Of a stretch of 64,000 nucleotides of DNA, positions 62,290 to 64,000 are shown piece after piece. Source of the stretch: Dehalococcoidia bacterium (lineage in GTDB: Bacteria; Chloroflexota; Dehalococcoidia; Lucifugimonadales; JAGWBF01); assembly GCA_963663025.1 (NCBI GenBank), contig OY760073.1, positions 362,538-426,537 of the forward strand, in the 5' to 3' direction. Both the position numbers and the translations under genes were made by a program. The number at the start of each line of letters is the position of its first letter. The first letter of the stretch is position 1. The notes beneath the pieces are model-generated. The model worked only from the letters and a program-made list of their open reading frames with translations. It had not been told where the DNA came from and did no database searches.

Positions 62290-62538
62290 CTAGGCTCTAC
62301 CGAAAGAATCTGCCCTCGGTAATCTGGGGCGCGGGGGGTCGCACCAGGAGCAGTAGCGCACCTCCAGGTTGGTGCTCTGGGCCTTGCTCGCTGCGCCCGA
62401 CACCGTCGGTATGTATTCGAAATACTCGCAGCCGGGCGGGTCAGTCCCGCTGAGCCCTCCGTGTACCTTCAGGCGATTGCACGTTGAGCGGTGCACCGCT
62501 GCATACCTGCCCCGCCGATTAACAAAGATCGTAAACAT
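62290..62538 (-). CDS. small HxxxC...CxxC putative Zn-binding protein, copy 2
   Basis: VHRSTC...YCSWCDP; paralog of 58263-58493. Confidence 0.8.
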   Translation of the reverse strand: MFTIFVNRRGRYAAVHRSTCNRLKVHGGLSGTDPPGCEYFEYIPTVSGAASKAQSTNLEVRYCSWCDPPRPRLPRADSFGRA

Positions 62539-62582
62539 CGTCCCCCTGCACGATTATGGACGGGCTGCTTTCCTCCCGCAAT
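62327..62582 (-). repeat. about 256-bp direct repeat, copy 2
   Basis: Aligns with 58282-58538. Confidence 0.9.
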
Positions 62583-62586
62583 AAAC

Positions 62587-62628
62587 CTCCCCCTCGCCCT
62601 TGAGGGAGAGGGTTGGGCTGAGGGTGAA
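62587..62628. repeat. REP-like element
   Basis: ctccccctcgcccttgagggagagggttgggctgagggtga, same type as the elements at 44189-44272. Confidence 0.7.
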
Positions 62629-62765
62629 CCGTTGGGCCTCCGGACCGCCCTATCCTTTCCATGCCCCAGTTCCCGTCAAGGGCCAGTCCCGCATTGACGG
62701 ATAGGTGCTCGGCGTTTAACCTAGCCCCAAGCAGACTCATCGACTACCCGACAAAGGAGAACCCC

Positions 62766-63629
62766 ATGACGATCAGTGAGCAGAAGACCTACGAGGTCGA
62801 AATTTCGGACGTGGAGTACCTCAGGCACGGAGAGCGGTCATTAGAGGCGCGCTTGTTTAAGCCCGTTGGCGCCGGACCCTTCCCCGTAATGGTGGAGATC
62901 CATGGCGGGGCCTGGATCCGTGGGAACAGGTTTAACGGCGATGCGCCCAACGAGGCCCTGGCAAAGAAGGGAGTCATCGTGGTGGCGCTGGACTTTACGG
63001 TGCCGCCGGATGCTCCGTACCCTGCTTCCTTCGCTGACGTAAACTATGGCATTCGCTGGAGCAAGACCCAGGCTGCATCGTGGAACGGCCGCGGGGACAG
63101 CATCGGCGCTATGGGCACCTCCAGTGGCGCACACCTTGCAATGCTGCTGGGAATGCGCCCCAAGGACTCCCGCTATTCTGCCCTGCCGGGCCCAGCAGGC
63201 GTGGATGGCGCCCTCGGCTGCGTGATCATGGTCTCCCCGGTGATAGACCCCCTGGGACGCTATCACTACGTCAAGGGACTTCGCGATGACGTCACCCCGC
63301 CCCCGGGGATGGTGGACCGCATCGCGCCCGCCCACGACGCCTACTTCCTGACCGAGGATGCGATGGCCGAAACTGCCCCCGCGAAGGCGTTGGCCGCTGG
63401 GGAGAAGATGGAGCTCCCGCCCACCCTGTGCGTGGCGCGCACCTACGAGGCGTCCCATCCACGCCCCGACCTGGAAGAGTTCATCCACCAGTACCGGAAG
63501 GCCGGCGGGGATATCGACTTCACCGTCTACGAGGGTGAGGGCGAGGGCCTGCTGAGCGACCCCACCGCGCCGACGGCAGCGCAGGCACTGGATAAGATGA
63601 GGGCCTTTATCGGAGAGCACCTCGGCTAG
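62766..63629 (+). CDS. alpha/beta hydrolase (HSL/esterase-like)
   Basis: AAGGAG RBS; IHGGAW oxyanion motif, GTSSG nucleophile elbow. Confidence 0.88.
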   Translation: MTISEQKTYEVEISDVEYLRHGERSLEARLFKPVGAGPFPVMVEIHGGAWIRGNRFNGDAPNEALAKKGVIVVALDFTVPPDAPYPASFADVNYGIRWSKTQAASWNGRGDSIGAMGTSSGAHLAMLLGMRPKDSRYSALPGPAGVDGALGCVIMVSPVIDPLGRYHYVKGLRDDVTPPPGMVDRIAPAHDAYFLTEDAMAETAPAKALAAGEKMELPPTLCVARTYEASHPRPDLEEFIHQYRKAGGDIDFTVYEGEGEGLLSDPTAPTAAQALDKMRAFIGEHLG

Positions 63630-63710
63630 TCCCGGCTGACCGCCCCATCCACCTAACCGGCTCCCAGCAAATATCTCGCCACTGAGCATGGGCTGGGAGT
63701 CAGTACTGTC

Positions 63711-64000
63711 TTACAGATTCGGGACTATGTGGTCGCACAGCAGGGACACAGCCTCGTCCACATCGGGGCCAAGCTCGGAGAACATCAGTTGGCTGAAGCC
63801 CTGCTTCTGCGCCGTGTCCCGCACTTCCAGCATTCGCTCCAGGCACGGGCCTGGCGTGCCGGCGATGAACATGGCATCAACCATGGAGTCCGTCACCATG
63901 GACCGGAATTCCCGGGGGTCCGCCCTACGCTTTTCGACCTCGTCTAGTCGCTCCACATCCGGGATGGCCACCCCCAGGTGCTCGATGTCCTCGTGGGTGA
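63711..64000 (-). CDS. C-terminus of a probable LLM-class flavin-dependent oxidoreductase (runs off the window)
   Basis: VTDSMVDAMFIAGTP..C.ER, LGPDVDEAVSLL...IVP. Confidence 0.7.
   Translation of the reverse strand, partial: THEDIEHLGVAIPDVERLDEVEKRRADPREFRSMVTDSMVDAMFIAGTPGPCLERMLEVRDTAQKQGFSQLMFSELGPDVDEAVSLLCDHIVPNL

Noticed and set aside
55344-62628. Intact prophage or ICE at tRNA-Arg
   Set aside because: No integrase, phage structural genes or conjugation genes

Overview
GC-rich bacterial chromosomal window. The gene content (LLM oxidoreductase, F420-type nitroreductase, tandem family III CoA-transferases, Pro/Thr-linker lipoproteins, homodimeric GlyRS) suggests Chloroflexota, probably Dehalococcoidia/SAR202-like; this taxonomy is inference. 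It carries housekeeping and stress genes (uvrA, katG, sthA-like, glyQS, sbcD, glmU) and two tRNAs (Ile2/Met-CAT, Arg-CCG). Defence-like cargo lies at the 3' side of both tRNAs: a membrane KAP NTPase at one, and an OLD nuclease, a DUF4062 protein, an IS1595 remnant, a ghost tRNA and a duplicated Zn-finger microgene at the other. The best candidate for an undescribed system is a divergent gene pair at 22.3-29.1 kb: an NCS2-fold permease fused to a degenerate RsbW-like HATPase domain, and a 1637-aa lipoprotein built from 12 tandem Cache domains in an (ABCD)x3 pattern with no output domain. A sigma-less partner-switching operon (STAS, REC-PP2C, RsbW, orphan solute-binding protein) lies at 2.6-6.5 kb and may be the downstream arm. 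Also notable is a 65-aa His/Cys/acidic repeat peptide upstream of a His-rich CDF exporter. Several single-base frameshifts between 6 and 17 kb look like long-read assembly errors. All family assignments come from motif recognition by eye; no searches were run.
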